Assembly: GCA_041910015.1 (NCBI GenBank)
Contig: JAYRRR010000006.1
Location: forward strand, 1,503 to 65,502
Direction: 5' to 3'
Source: Steroidobacteraceae bacterium
Lineage (GTDB): Bacteria > Pseudomonadota > Gammaproteobacteria > Steroidobacterales > Steroidobacteraceae
Length of the DNA: 64,000 bases
This document shows, in pieces, positions 13,019 to 20,702 of this stretch. The stretch's first letter is position 1, and the number at the start of each line of letters is the position of its first letter. The position numbers and the translations under genes were made by a program. Under the pieces are notes generated by a model. It was given only the letters and a program-made list of their open reading frames with translations, made no database searches and had not been told where the DNA came from.

Positions 13019-13600
13019 TCAGTGGCTGCAGGCTGGGAATGTCTCGAACCGGTCGTGTGCCGAGGTCAGGCGGAAACGGCTGTCGGTGACGGCGTGCAGC
13101 CAGCGGGCGCTCTTCACGACGCCTCCGAGAGCGAACAGATGGATGCCGTGAAGGGGCGAGGGCGCGTCACCTGCTTCACGAACCAGGCCGATCAGCCTCT
13201 CGTCCGGGTGAGCCGCCCGGCCGGAAACCTTGCGAAATGCGTTGGCGTTGTGGACCAGACCGCGCAGCGATGCTCCCACACCGCACGCCATCGCGCAGCG
13301 GATGAGTTGTAAGGTCGGCGCGGGGCCCGTCACCCCCACGCGGACCGGCAGGGCGATCTCCGCGGCGACCTGCCTCGCCCAGGTGTGGATGGCGTGCGGA
13401 TGGAAGCGGAACTGCGTCACGATGTGCATCGACAGGCCATCGCGTGCCGCGAGCGCCTGCTTGTCCCGCAGCGCCCGGGTCTCGAGAATCTGCAGACTGT
13501 GGGAGAAGGGATGTCCCGGGCGACCGGCGTCGCCGGCGACGAGCAGAACCTGCCCGACGCCTCCGCCGGCAAGATCGCGCACCGCCTGACGCAAGGCCCG
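13019..13600 (-). pseudogene. methylenetetrahydrofolate-reductase-like gene, 3' fragment (N-terminal ~90 aa missing)
   Basis: The tail of ORF 13019..14011 resembles MetF. GVGQVLLVAGD matches IVALRGD, IVTQFRFHPHAIHTWARQV matches ITQFFFD..., LPVRVGVTGP matches IPGILP, and IHLFALGG matches FHFYTLN. Similarity starts abruptly at about 13600, where the LysR remnant ends. Confidence 0.5.
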
Positions 13601-14119
13601 CGGGCAGTTCCACGATGCGCAGCGTGAGGCAGTCGGCGAGCTGCACGGCGAGATGTTCCGGCAGCACCGCCACGAGTGGCGTGCCGGCCACGATGAACGG
13701 CACCTCGAGCACGTTCTGGGTGCTGACGCACACGTCGAGCGCGACGTTGCGCTGCCGCCGGCATGATGCGCCGCAGGATGCGCGGCAGGGCCAGCGGCAC
13801 GAAGCAGTTCGGCACCATCATCGGCACTTCGCGCCGCGCCGTATCGGGCTCGAAGGTGGGGCTGGTTCCGAGCGCTGCCTCGATGCCGAGGAGGGTCTCT
13901 CGCACGGGGCGGATGAGCGCCCGCGCGCGGCGCGAGCTGCAACACGCAGCCCACGCGCACCAGCAGCGGATCGTCGAAGTGCGTGCGCAGGCGGGCGCCG
14001 CCGCCGCTCATGGCCGGCTGCGAAGCGAAGACCCGCCCGGCCGCGCGCGTGGCGTTCTTCTCGCGCAGCAGCGCGTCGAGCGCGAGCTACAGGTTCAGAT
14101 CGAATCGGTGCCGCTGCAT
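13601..14119 (-). pseudogene. LysR-family transcriptional regulator, disrupted (amber codon 11, at least 2 frameshifts, internal and C-terminal loss)
   Basis: My translation from ATG 14119 gives [56 protein letters not shown], a typical LysR HTH, with TAG at 14089..14087. The co-inducer domain continues in two other frames (RETLLGIEAALGTSPTFEPDTARREVPMMV...; FIVAGTPLVAVLPEHLAVQLADCLTLRIVELP). Confidence 0.8.
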
Positions 14120-14474
14120 GGCGGCGACACGCCCCGACGTCCGCGAATGCCTCCTCGGGCGCCACGACGCTCAGGGCGGGCGAGGAGACCGAGAGGATCG
14201 CCGTCTCGATGCCGCATTCGTCCATCACCGCAATGGCCCGTTCCAGGGACCACTGCGGGACGGGGATGCCGCCGTCGGGCAGCTTGATGCCCGCCGCCTG
14301 CAGGGTCGGCAGGTAGGCGGACGGCAGGGAGTGGGCGTGAACGTCCATCACGTCGCGCCGAGGTGGAGCGAATGCGTCCACTGCGGACAAGTTCGATTCC
14401 TTCGCTGCCACGGGCGCCGCCACGACGTCGGGCATTGCTGCCAGGACGTCGCGGCGGCTGGCGTCGTGCGTCAT
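14120..14474 (-). pseudogene. amidohydrolase-2 (ACMSD/LigW-like) family gene, N-terminal ~115 aa fragment only
   Basis: The start of ORF 13818..14474 (DVMDVHAHSLPSAYL..., IETAILSVSSPAL) is typical of the family. Similarity is lost at about 14120, where the LysR ATG begins. Its ATG overlaps the stop of the upstream receptor gene (ATGA). Confidence 0.6.
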
Positions 14475-16717
14475 CAGAAATTTGCGCTCAATTGCAATGC
14501 GACGGTTCGGCCGCGTTCGTTGACCGCGCTCTGGTTGCCTGCGGGGAGGAAGGGTGTCGGATAACCGAAAGCGCCCGCCACGTCGTCGGCAAGATTACGG
14601 CCGATCAGGCGAACCTCCCAGCGGTTGTCCTGCGCGCCCACGGCCATGCCGACGTTGATGCTGCTGAATCCGTCGCCCGGCGGCGAGATGTTCGGCGTCT
14701 GCTGGTAGTAGCGCTCGCTGCGATAGTCGACGGCGCCATCGAGTCGGAACTCCAGCGAGGCCCCGAGCGGCCTCGCGAAGTTGAAGCCGGCGCTACCCGT
14801 CCACTTCGGCGCGAGCGGGATCGGATCGTGCGTGTGCCGGTCCTCGGCATCCGCGTAGGTGTTGTTCACGAACAGCTTGAGGCTCGGAATCACGTACCAG
14901 TAGCCCTCGACTTCGAAGCCCTGGCTGCTCAGGTCGGTGTTGCCGACGACGAACTGGATGCCGTCGAACGTGACCAGCTGGAAGCCGTCCACATCGGTGC
15001 CGAAAGCGGCGATGTTGAACAGCCAGTTGCGGTCCGAACCCTGCAGCTTGAGACCGATTTCCGCGGTCTTGGCCGTTTCCTTGTCGTACTCGGCCGTGTC
15101 GAGATGCGTGACGGACTGGGCGTAGCCGCCGCCCTTGGTACCCTTGCCATACGAGGCATACACCATGGCATTGTCGTTCACGTCGTACTGGACGCCGAAG
15201 GAGTAGTCGACGTTGTCCTCGGACCGGTCCATCGAGAATGCGGGATACGGCGGGAAGACGACGAGGCTGAACAGACCCGGGACGAGCACGTCGCGGCCGA
15301 GATCGACGTCCTTGTCCTCCTTGGTCCAGCGCACGCCGGCGGTGAGACGGAACGCGTCGGACACCTTGTAGTTGCCCTGCGCGAACACCGACATGGCTTC
15401 GTTGTCCTGGACGAAGTTGGTCTGCTGGCTGCCGGCCAGGTTCACGCCCGGCACGGGGCCGAACGGATAATTGGCCGTGATGATGGTCGTGTTGTCCAGC
15501 TCGCCCTTGAGGTAGAGGGCGCCCACGATGTAGTCGAAGGCCTTGTCGGCGGGAGAAACGAGCCGGATCTCCTGGCTGAACTGCTTGCCCTCTTCGTCGA
15601 CCCGGCGCGTCGACCAGTCGCCCGGCACGACGTCGACGTCGGACACGTTCTCGTCGGTGTAGTCGGAGTAGGCCGTGATCGACGTGAGCGTGTGCTCGCC
15701 GAGCGTCAGATCGGCCGTGAGAACGTACTTGTTGAACTCGAGGTCCTCCCACTGCTCGTTGCCCTTCTCCGAAGGCGTCGTGATGGCGTTCTCGCCATCG
15801 AGGCGAGTCTCGATGGTGCCCGGGTACCCTGCGAGCGCCGCGAGGATCTCGTTGATGCCGGTCGAGGCGATCTGCTCGACGGGCGAGCCTTCGTTGCGGC
15901 CGGTACCGTGCTGCACGAGTGCGGTGATGTCCAGCGTCTCGGTCGGGTTCCAGACGAAGACGCCGCGAATGGCATTGTCCTCGCTGCGTGGCGCGTGATT
16001 GTCCTTGATGACGTTGTGCGTCCAGCCCTCGTCGTCGCTGAGCTGGCCGGAGATGCGCATCGCGAATTGGTCCGAGACGGGAATGTCTACGCCACCGGTG
16101 AAGAGTGTCGAGCCGCGTTCGAATTCGTAGGAGCCACGCAGGTCCGCGGTGAAGCGGTCGCCCGGCTTGCGCGTGACCAGGTTGATGGCGCCGAGGCTGG
16201 TGTTCTTGCCGAGCAGCGCCGCCTGCGTGCCGCGGATGACCTCGATGCGCTCGACGTCGAACATGGCGTTCGCGAATTCCACAGAGCGCGGCGCATACAC
16301 ACCGTCGACGAACAGGCTCACCGAGCTGTCGAACGAAGGCACGCCGGGATAGGAACCCAGGCCTCGGATGGTGACACCCACCTGGCTACCCGTCGGCGCC
16401 TTGGCCAGGTTGATGCCGGGCGCGACGCTCGCGAGCTGCAGCAGCGTGGCGGAGCCGGTGTTCGACAGCGCCACCTGGCTGACCACACCGACGGTGGCCG
16501 GGACCTCCTGCATGGTCTCGACGCGCTTGCGCGCCGTGACGATGATCTCCTCGATCACACCTTGCTGTGCCCTGCCTTCGGGAGCGGGCGCGGCCTGTTC
16601 CTGGGCGAGGCTCGTGCCCGCCACCACGGGGCTCAGGAGCAGTGCGATCTGCATGCCAAGTCGCGTGCGACCGGAACTCGTGCGCTTCGCAAAGATTCCC
16701 AGATCCGATGTCGTCAT
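14474..16717 (-). CDS. TonB-dependent outer-membrane receptor
   Basis: 747 aa with a signal peptide and a plug domain (IIVTARKRVETMQEVPATVGVV, IEVIRGTQAALLGKNTSLGAINL). It has a long beta-barrel with alternating aromatic pattern and a C-terminal ...LQLSANF. Confidence 0.92.
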   Translation of the reverse strand: MTTSDLGIFAKRTSSGRTRLGMQIALLLSPVVAGTSLAQEQAAPAPEGRAQQGVIEEIIVTARKRVETMQEVPATVGVVSQVALSNTGSATLLQLASVAPGINLAKAPTGSQVGVTIRGLGSYPGVPSFDSSVSLFVDGVYAPRSVEFANAMFDVERIEVIRGTQAALLGKNTSLGAINLVTRKPGDRFTADLRGSYEFERGSTLFTGGVDIPVSDQFAMRISGQLSDDEGWTHNVIKDNHAPRSEDNAIRGVFVWNPTETLDITALVQHGTGRNEGSPVEQIASTGINEILAALAGYPGTIETRLDGENAITTPSEKGNEQWEDLEFNKYVLTADLTLGEHTLTSITAYSDYTDENVSDVDVVPGDWSTRRVDEEGKQFSQEIRLVSPADKAFDYIVGALYLKGELDNTTIITANYPFGPVPGVNLAGSQQTNFVQDNEAMSVFAQGNYKVSDAFRLTAGVRWTKEDKDVDLGRDVLVPGLFSLVVFPPYPAFSMDRSEDNVDYSFGVQYDVNDNAMVYASYGKGTKGGGYAQSVTHLDTAEYDKETAKTAEIGLKLQGSDRNWLFNIAAFGTDVDGFQLVTFDGIQFVVGNTDLSSQGFEVEGYWYVIPSLKLFVNNTYADAEDRHTHDPIPLAPKWTGSAGFNFARPLGASLEFRLDGAVDYRSERYYQQTPNISPPGDGFSSINVGMAVGAQDNRWEVRLIGRNLADDVAGAFGYPTPFLPAGNQSAVNERGRTVALQLSANF

Positions 16718-17104
16718 GTTCGCAAGTCCCCTGCGTTGCCCGTCCGGTGCCGGGATCGGGCCGCGGCAAGATGTGTGGAGGGAGGGGACGGATCGATGCG
16801 CTTTCGCATCTGCGTGGCGCTTCGCGTCGCGCAGTCTGCGGCGTCATGCCGGCGCCCGGTCTGCGTCCCCCTCGACTCATGTGCGGGCTTGCTGCGACGG
16901 GGGTTCCGCCGACACGCCAGCACGTACATGCACAGCGATCTAATCAGAACTGGACAGGACTGTCAAGATGAAAAAAATGTCGCGTTGTACGGAATGTTTT
17001 ATTCGCAGCATGACGCCCAGGATGGCCTGGTGCCCCGTCTGCAGGTCCGGCCCTGGTTGGCGTCTGCGGTCGCCGTCGCGCACCGGATCGGCAGCCCGAG
17101 TGGC

Positions 17105-17871
17105 GCCGGTCCACGACGATTTTGCCGTTCAGCACGATCATCACCGGCTTGCACGGATTGCTGGTCCTCACCATCAGGACTGGCCTGCGGCAGAATCAGG
17201 CCGGCTCGCTTGCCGGGTGCCACTTCGCCGAGGGTCTCGCGGTCGATATGACGGCCCGCGTCGTACCGGAAGTCGATGCCGGATGCACGGCGCCGTTGAT
17301 CCGGAGCGTTGGTACATGGGTGCCCCTGTGCTCGACTGTCCTGGCGATCAGGGCGGGATCGCTGATTGGTCACAAGGTCACGCCCTGTTCGGGCCCGTTC
17401 CCGCCGGCTTCCACTGCCTCGAGCGTGGCGGATTGCTGCACGGTATGGACCGTCACGCGCAGGCCGAGTTTGTGCGCGACCCGATCCGGGCGCGCAGGAC
17501 CGTCTTTGGCAGGTGATGGAGATTGATGGCATTCGGGAAACACGGGATTGGCTCAGACGTGACGCTGCAAGCGGGAACAGGCGCAGGCGCCCCGAAGTCG
17601 ACGGCGCGAGGGTGGGTGTGGATCGGCCCCGCCATGAGACATCCGCCCTCGGCGGCGACGTCGCTGCGTCCCCTGAGCGGCGCTGCGAATACGGCCGCGA
17701 TCTGGCTGTCCTTGGAGCCCACGTCGCGCAATTTCGGCAGCACCGGACGGCCGCCGAAGACCCACGAGCACGGCGAATGGAGAGATCGAGGGATTCGGCC
17801 TCTGGACCGTTCAAGAGCACCTCGGGATTGACCGCTGCCCCGGTGACCAGGCATTGATGCTTCCGCTTCAA
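17105..17871 (-). pseudogene. metal-dependent amidohydrolase (Amidohydro_1-type), frameshifted and internally deleted
   Basis: Family-typical pieces occur in different minus frames. They are GAAVNPEVLLNG; VFGGRPVLPKLRDVGSKDSQIAAVFAAP...DVAAEGGCLMAGPIHTHP; LGEVAPGKRAGLILP; NPCKPVMIVLNGKIVVDR. Only about 770 nt remain where about 1.2 kb would be expected. Confidence 0.6.
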
Positions 17872-18665
17872 TGGACGAACTGTACAAACAGTGCGTTAGT
17901 GTCACAATGGATGTGTGGAGTGATATGACAAGGGCTTCTGTCACCACCCCGTCGCCGCCGCACCCGAGTTCCGCGGCCCAGGTCGCCCACGACCCGGGTT
18001 TCCAGTGGATCCTGAATCGTGTCGCACTGAAACGGACGGACCGCATGCCGACAGCCTTTCCCTTGGTGCACTGTCTGGCCGCATACGGCGGCATCACGAA
18101 ACGGGAATGCATGTACGACCACGACGGGGTGATCGGACTCACCGAGCGCGCGTACCTCGAATTCCGGCCCGGCCTGATGGAGCCGGCCATACTGATCACT
18201 GCCATCGATGGGGTGTTCGAGGCGACCGGCTTCAAGCAGCCCCTCAGTCGGCAACCAGCTGCTTCCATTCAACTGACGTTCCGACAGCCCTGGTCCACCC
18301 AACATTGCTGGGCCGGTCAGCGGGAGTTCCGGACCGACGACGAGAAGCTCGGCGCCCAGATGCGCCACGGCATGAGGCTGGAGTTCTCGCAGGAGGACAT
18401 GCAGATAGCCGAGGTGCAGCCGGCGATGATGGGGGATCATCTGTGGTGGCTGAGTCCTGTCATGCGGTCGGGGACGCGGCGTCGGTACACGAGAGACGCC
18501 TGCTTGCCCGTCTCATCGAGGCCGGGCGACCGAGCGGTGTCGCGAAGGGCGATCGAGCACAATCGTGGTCGGGGTCACCTCGGCGCGGCCGCACGGCGAT
18601 GCATGTCCCGTGCTCGGCCTGGAGGCACGTGGTGCGTCGATCACATGTCAAGGAGAATTGCGTGA
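17871..18665 (+). CDS. hypothetical protein (possibly itself damaged at the 3' end)
   Basis: Only this frame shows a GC3 bias. The middle segment looks protein-like (AFPLVHCLAAYGGITKRECMYDHDGVIGLTERAYLEFRPGLMEP...), but the last ~60 aa are Arg-rich junk. No family was recognised. Local GC is lower than the surroundings. Confidence 0.25.
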   Translation: MDELYKQCVSVTMDVWSDMTRASVTTPSPPHPSSAAQVAHDPGFQWILNRVALKRTDRMPTAFPLVHCLAAYGGITKRECMYDHDGVIGLTERAYLEFRPGLMEPAILITAIDGVFEATGFKQPLSRQPAASIQLTFRQPWSTQHCWAGQREFRTDDEKLGAQMRHGMRLEFSQEDMQIAEVQPAMMGDHLWWLSPVMRSGTRRRYTRDACLPVSSRPGDRAVSRRAIEHNRGRGHLGAAARRCMSRARPGGTWCVDHMSRRIA

Positions 18666-19270
18666 AGCTCTATTACTCACCGGCCGCTTGTTCGCTGGCG
18701 CCGCACATCATGCTGCGCGAAACGGGGTTGGCATTCGAGCTCGTGCGCGTCGATATCAGGCAGCACAGGACGGCGGATGGCGGCGACTACTATGCTGTGA
18801 ACGCAAGGGGCTCGGTTCCCGTGCTGGAACTCGACGACGGCGAGCGGCTGACCGAGGGACCGGTCATCGCGCAGTGGATCTGCGACCGCGCGGGCCGTAC
18901 TGACCTCATGCCGGCCTGCGGGACGATGGCGCGATATCGCGTCGCGGAATGGCAGGGCTACGTCACCTCGGAGGTACACAAGTCCTATTCACCGCTGTTC
19001 AGGCCCGACTTCAACGAGGATGGCAAGGGCTGGTTTCGTGGAGCGCTGCGACGAAAGTACGAGTGGCTGGAGCAGCGCCTGCATGACTCGGAGTATCTGA
19101 CCGGCGCGACGTTCACGGCCGCCGACGCGTATCTGTTCGTGGTGACACGCTGGGCCAGTCAGGTCGGGCTCGACCTCGATGATCTCGCCGCACTGCAGGC
19201 CTTCATGATACGAATCGCCGGCCGGACGGCCGTGCGGACGGCGCTTGCTGCCGAAGGGCTGTTCATGTGA
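18662..19270 (+). CDS. glutathione S-transferase (beta/GstA-like)
   Basis: GTG start preceded by aaggag. VKLYYSPAACSLAPHIMLRE..., SVPVLELDDGERLTEGPVI, and a C-terminal helical GST domain. Confidence 0.88.
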   Translation: MKLYYSPAACSLAPHIMLRETGLAFELVRVDIRQHRTADGGDYYAVNARGSVPVLELDDGERLTEGPVIAQWICDRAGRTDLMPACGTMARYRVAEWQGYVTSEVHKSYSPLFRPDFNEDGKGWFRGALRRKYEWLEQRLHDSEYLTGATFTAADAYLFVVTRWASQVGLDLDDLAALQAFMIRIAGRTAVRTALAAEGLFM

Positions 19271-19339
19271 TCTCAGGCCCGAGGAAATTCCCGAGGACGC
19301 CACGATATCCGCCGCTCGACGGTCCTCGGGCGCTGGACG

Positions 19340-19731
19340 TGGGTCTTTTTCCGTTCACGGTGCTCAAGAATGTCCCGCGGGGCTCGATCGTCCGCTGGCT
19401 CTCCGGGGTCGCCATGGCTGATTGCGAGGTCGACGAGGGTGCCGTTGTGCGCGCCGTGCCGCGCTACATGCTGCACTGCGGTTGCGCGAACCGGGCCGAA
19501 CTGCCATTGGCGGATTCTGACCACTTCGACGTCACGCGCGATTCGGGCGACCACCTCGGCGTGGGGCACGGGCGGTCACCTCTGCGCCGGCATTCACGTG
19601 GCGCGGCTCGAAATGGCGTTCATGCTGGAGGTGCTGCTCGATGGGGGTGCACGTCTCAGGTCGACGAGCCGACGATGGGAACGAACCGCGGTCTCCATGG
19701 GTTCGGGAGTCTTCCGTCGCGCATCGACTGA
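19340..19731 (+). pseudogene. cytochrome P450, C-terminal ~120 aa remnant with two frameshifts
   Basis: ANR..LP.ADSDHFDVTRDSGDHLGVGHG in one frame continues as GHLCAGIHVARLEMAFMLEVLL (heme-thiolate loop FGxGxHxCxG) in another frame. It then returns to PTMGTNRGLHGFGSLPSRID. No N-terminal ~280 aa is present. Confidence 0.7.
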
Positions 19732-19805
19732 GGTGACGGGCGTCCGGTCCGTGCGAAGGGGCACGTCGCAGGCCGCGACTCCGGGTCGTGGCCGGGACAG
19801 GCCGG

Positions 19806-20486
19806 TCATTCGACGGTTCGGGGAGGCCGACGAAACGGCGGCAGCGGCCGCTTCATGATGTCCGCGATGCGTGCCGCCGATGCCCCGAGCCCCTGCAGCG
19901 TCACGATCACGGCGTGGCTTTCGTAGTTCTTCAGGTCTGGATCCTTGAGCATGCGGTGCATGGCAGCGATGCCCATGCCCTCCATGAGGTCCACGGCGAC
20001 TTCGAGTGACGGTACGCTCAGCAGGCCGGCTTTGCGTGACTGTTTCAGGTCACGGATGGGCAGGGCGGCCGCCCGGGTGTCCATCAGCCGGACCTGTGCC
20101 ACGAATCCACACCATGCGCGATCGGTGGCAGCCTTTCTCATCCACAGCCGTATGCCCATGCCGAGACGGATCAGCGGGTCCTCGATGTCGCGCATGGACT
20201 CGGTGATCGTCTCGTGCAGATCGTCACTGAGCCATTCCTTGGCGGCCGTCAGCAGTTCGTTCGTGCTGCGGAAGTAGTTGTAGAACGTGCCACGCGCGAT
20301 GCCGGCTGCCTCGATGAAGTCGTCGATGACGGCGTTCTGCTCACCCTTTTCGGCGAAGACGTGGATCGCCGAGGCGATGATCTTCGCTTCCGTCCGGGCG
20401 CGGCGCCGCCGCCCGACGATCGTTCGGTGGTTGACGGGAGAGGCGTCCTTCGCAGGCTCGGTCGTGGTACGTCGATGATTCTTCAT
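19806..20486 (-). CDS. TetR-family transcriptional regulator
   Basis: 226 aa from ATG 20486 (MKNHRR...). HTH region IIASAIHVFAEKGEQNAVIDDFIEAAGIARGTFYNYFRSTNELL. It is divergent from the molybdoenzyme operon. Confidence 0.9.
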   Translation of the reverse strand: MKNHRRTTTEPAKDASPVNHRTIVGRRRRARTEAKIIASAIHVFAEKGEQNAVIDDFIEAAGIARGTFYNYFRSTNELLTAAKEWLSDDLHETITESMRDIEDPLIRLGMGIRLWMRKAATDRAWCGFVAQVRLMDTRAAALPIRDLKQSRKAGLLSVPSLEVAVDLMEGMGIAAMHRMLKDPDLKNYESHAVIVTLQGLGASAARIADIMKRPLPPFRRPPRTVE

Positions 20487-20621
20487 GGGTAGGTTGGAAG
20501 CCGTCGCAAAGCGAATGTAAGGCCATATCCTATCGTCAGAATGACACGACGTACAGTTCGATTTGCTGTAGTGACTGCGGCCGCCGCCAACGGTGGGGCA
20601 CGCGAACGACAGGGACAATCG

Positions 20622-20657
20622 TGTCAGGTTGACAGAACAGTCTAGTTTTGATCGAAT
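20622..20657 (+). promoter_or_regulatory. putative sigma70 promoter (TTGACA-17-TCGAAT) overlapped by the perfect palindrome TGTCA-N3-TGACA (candidate TetR operator)
   Basis: tgtcaggttgaca at 20622..20634 contains TTGACA at 20629..20634. TCGAAT at 20652..20657 follows a 17-nt spacer. The site is about 45 nt upstream of ATG 20703. Confidence 0.35.
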
Positions 20658-20702
20658 GCCGCAAGTGCGGTCTGACGCCTTCGCCAGCGGGGAGCAGGGG
20701 CA

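Noticed and set aside
14087-14089. In-frame TAG codons in the LysR gene (14087..14089) and the FAD oxidoreductase (33071..33073) considered as programmed recoding or pyrrolysine.
   Set aside because: No pyl genes or PYLIS-like context were seen. The same genes also carry frameshifts, and a third gene is interrupted by TAA. Ordinary nonsense mutations in decaying genes are the simpler explanation.
16718-16935. Cobalamin riboswitch in the leader of the TonB-dependent receptor.
   Set aside because: Only a loose resemblance was found (…CCCGCACATGA…), and I could not find the GGTG..AA.TCC core or a convincing B12 box. It is not reportable without a covariance-model scan.
17868-18440. Minus-strand 190-aa ORF opposite the orphan ORF at 17.9-18.4 kb.
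   Set aside because: The translation is His/Arg/Leu/Gly-rich without structure, and third-position GC bias favours the plus-strand frame.
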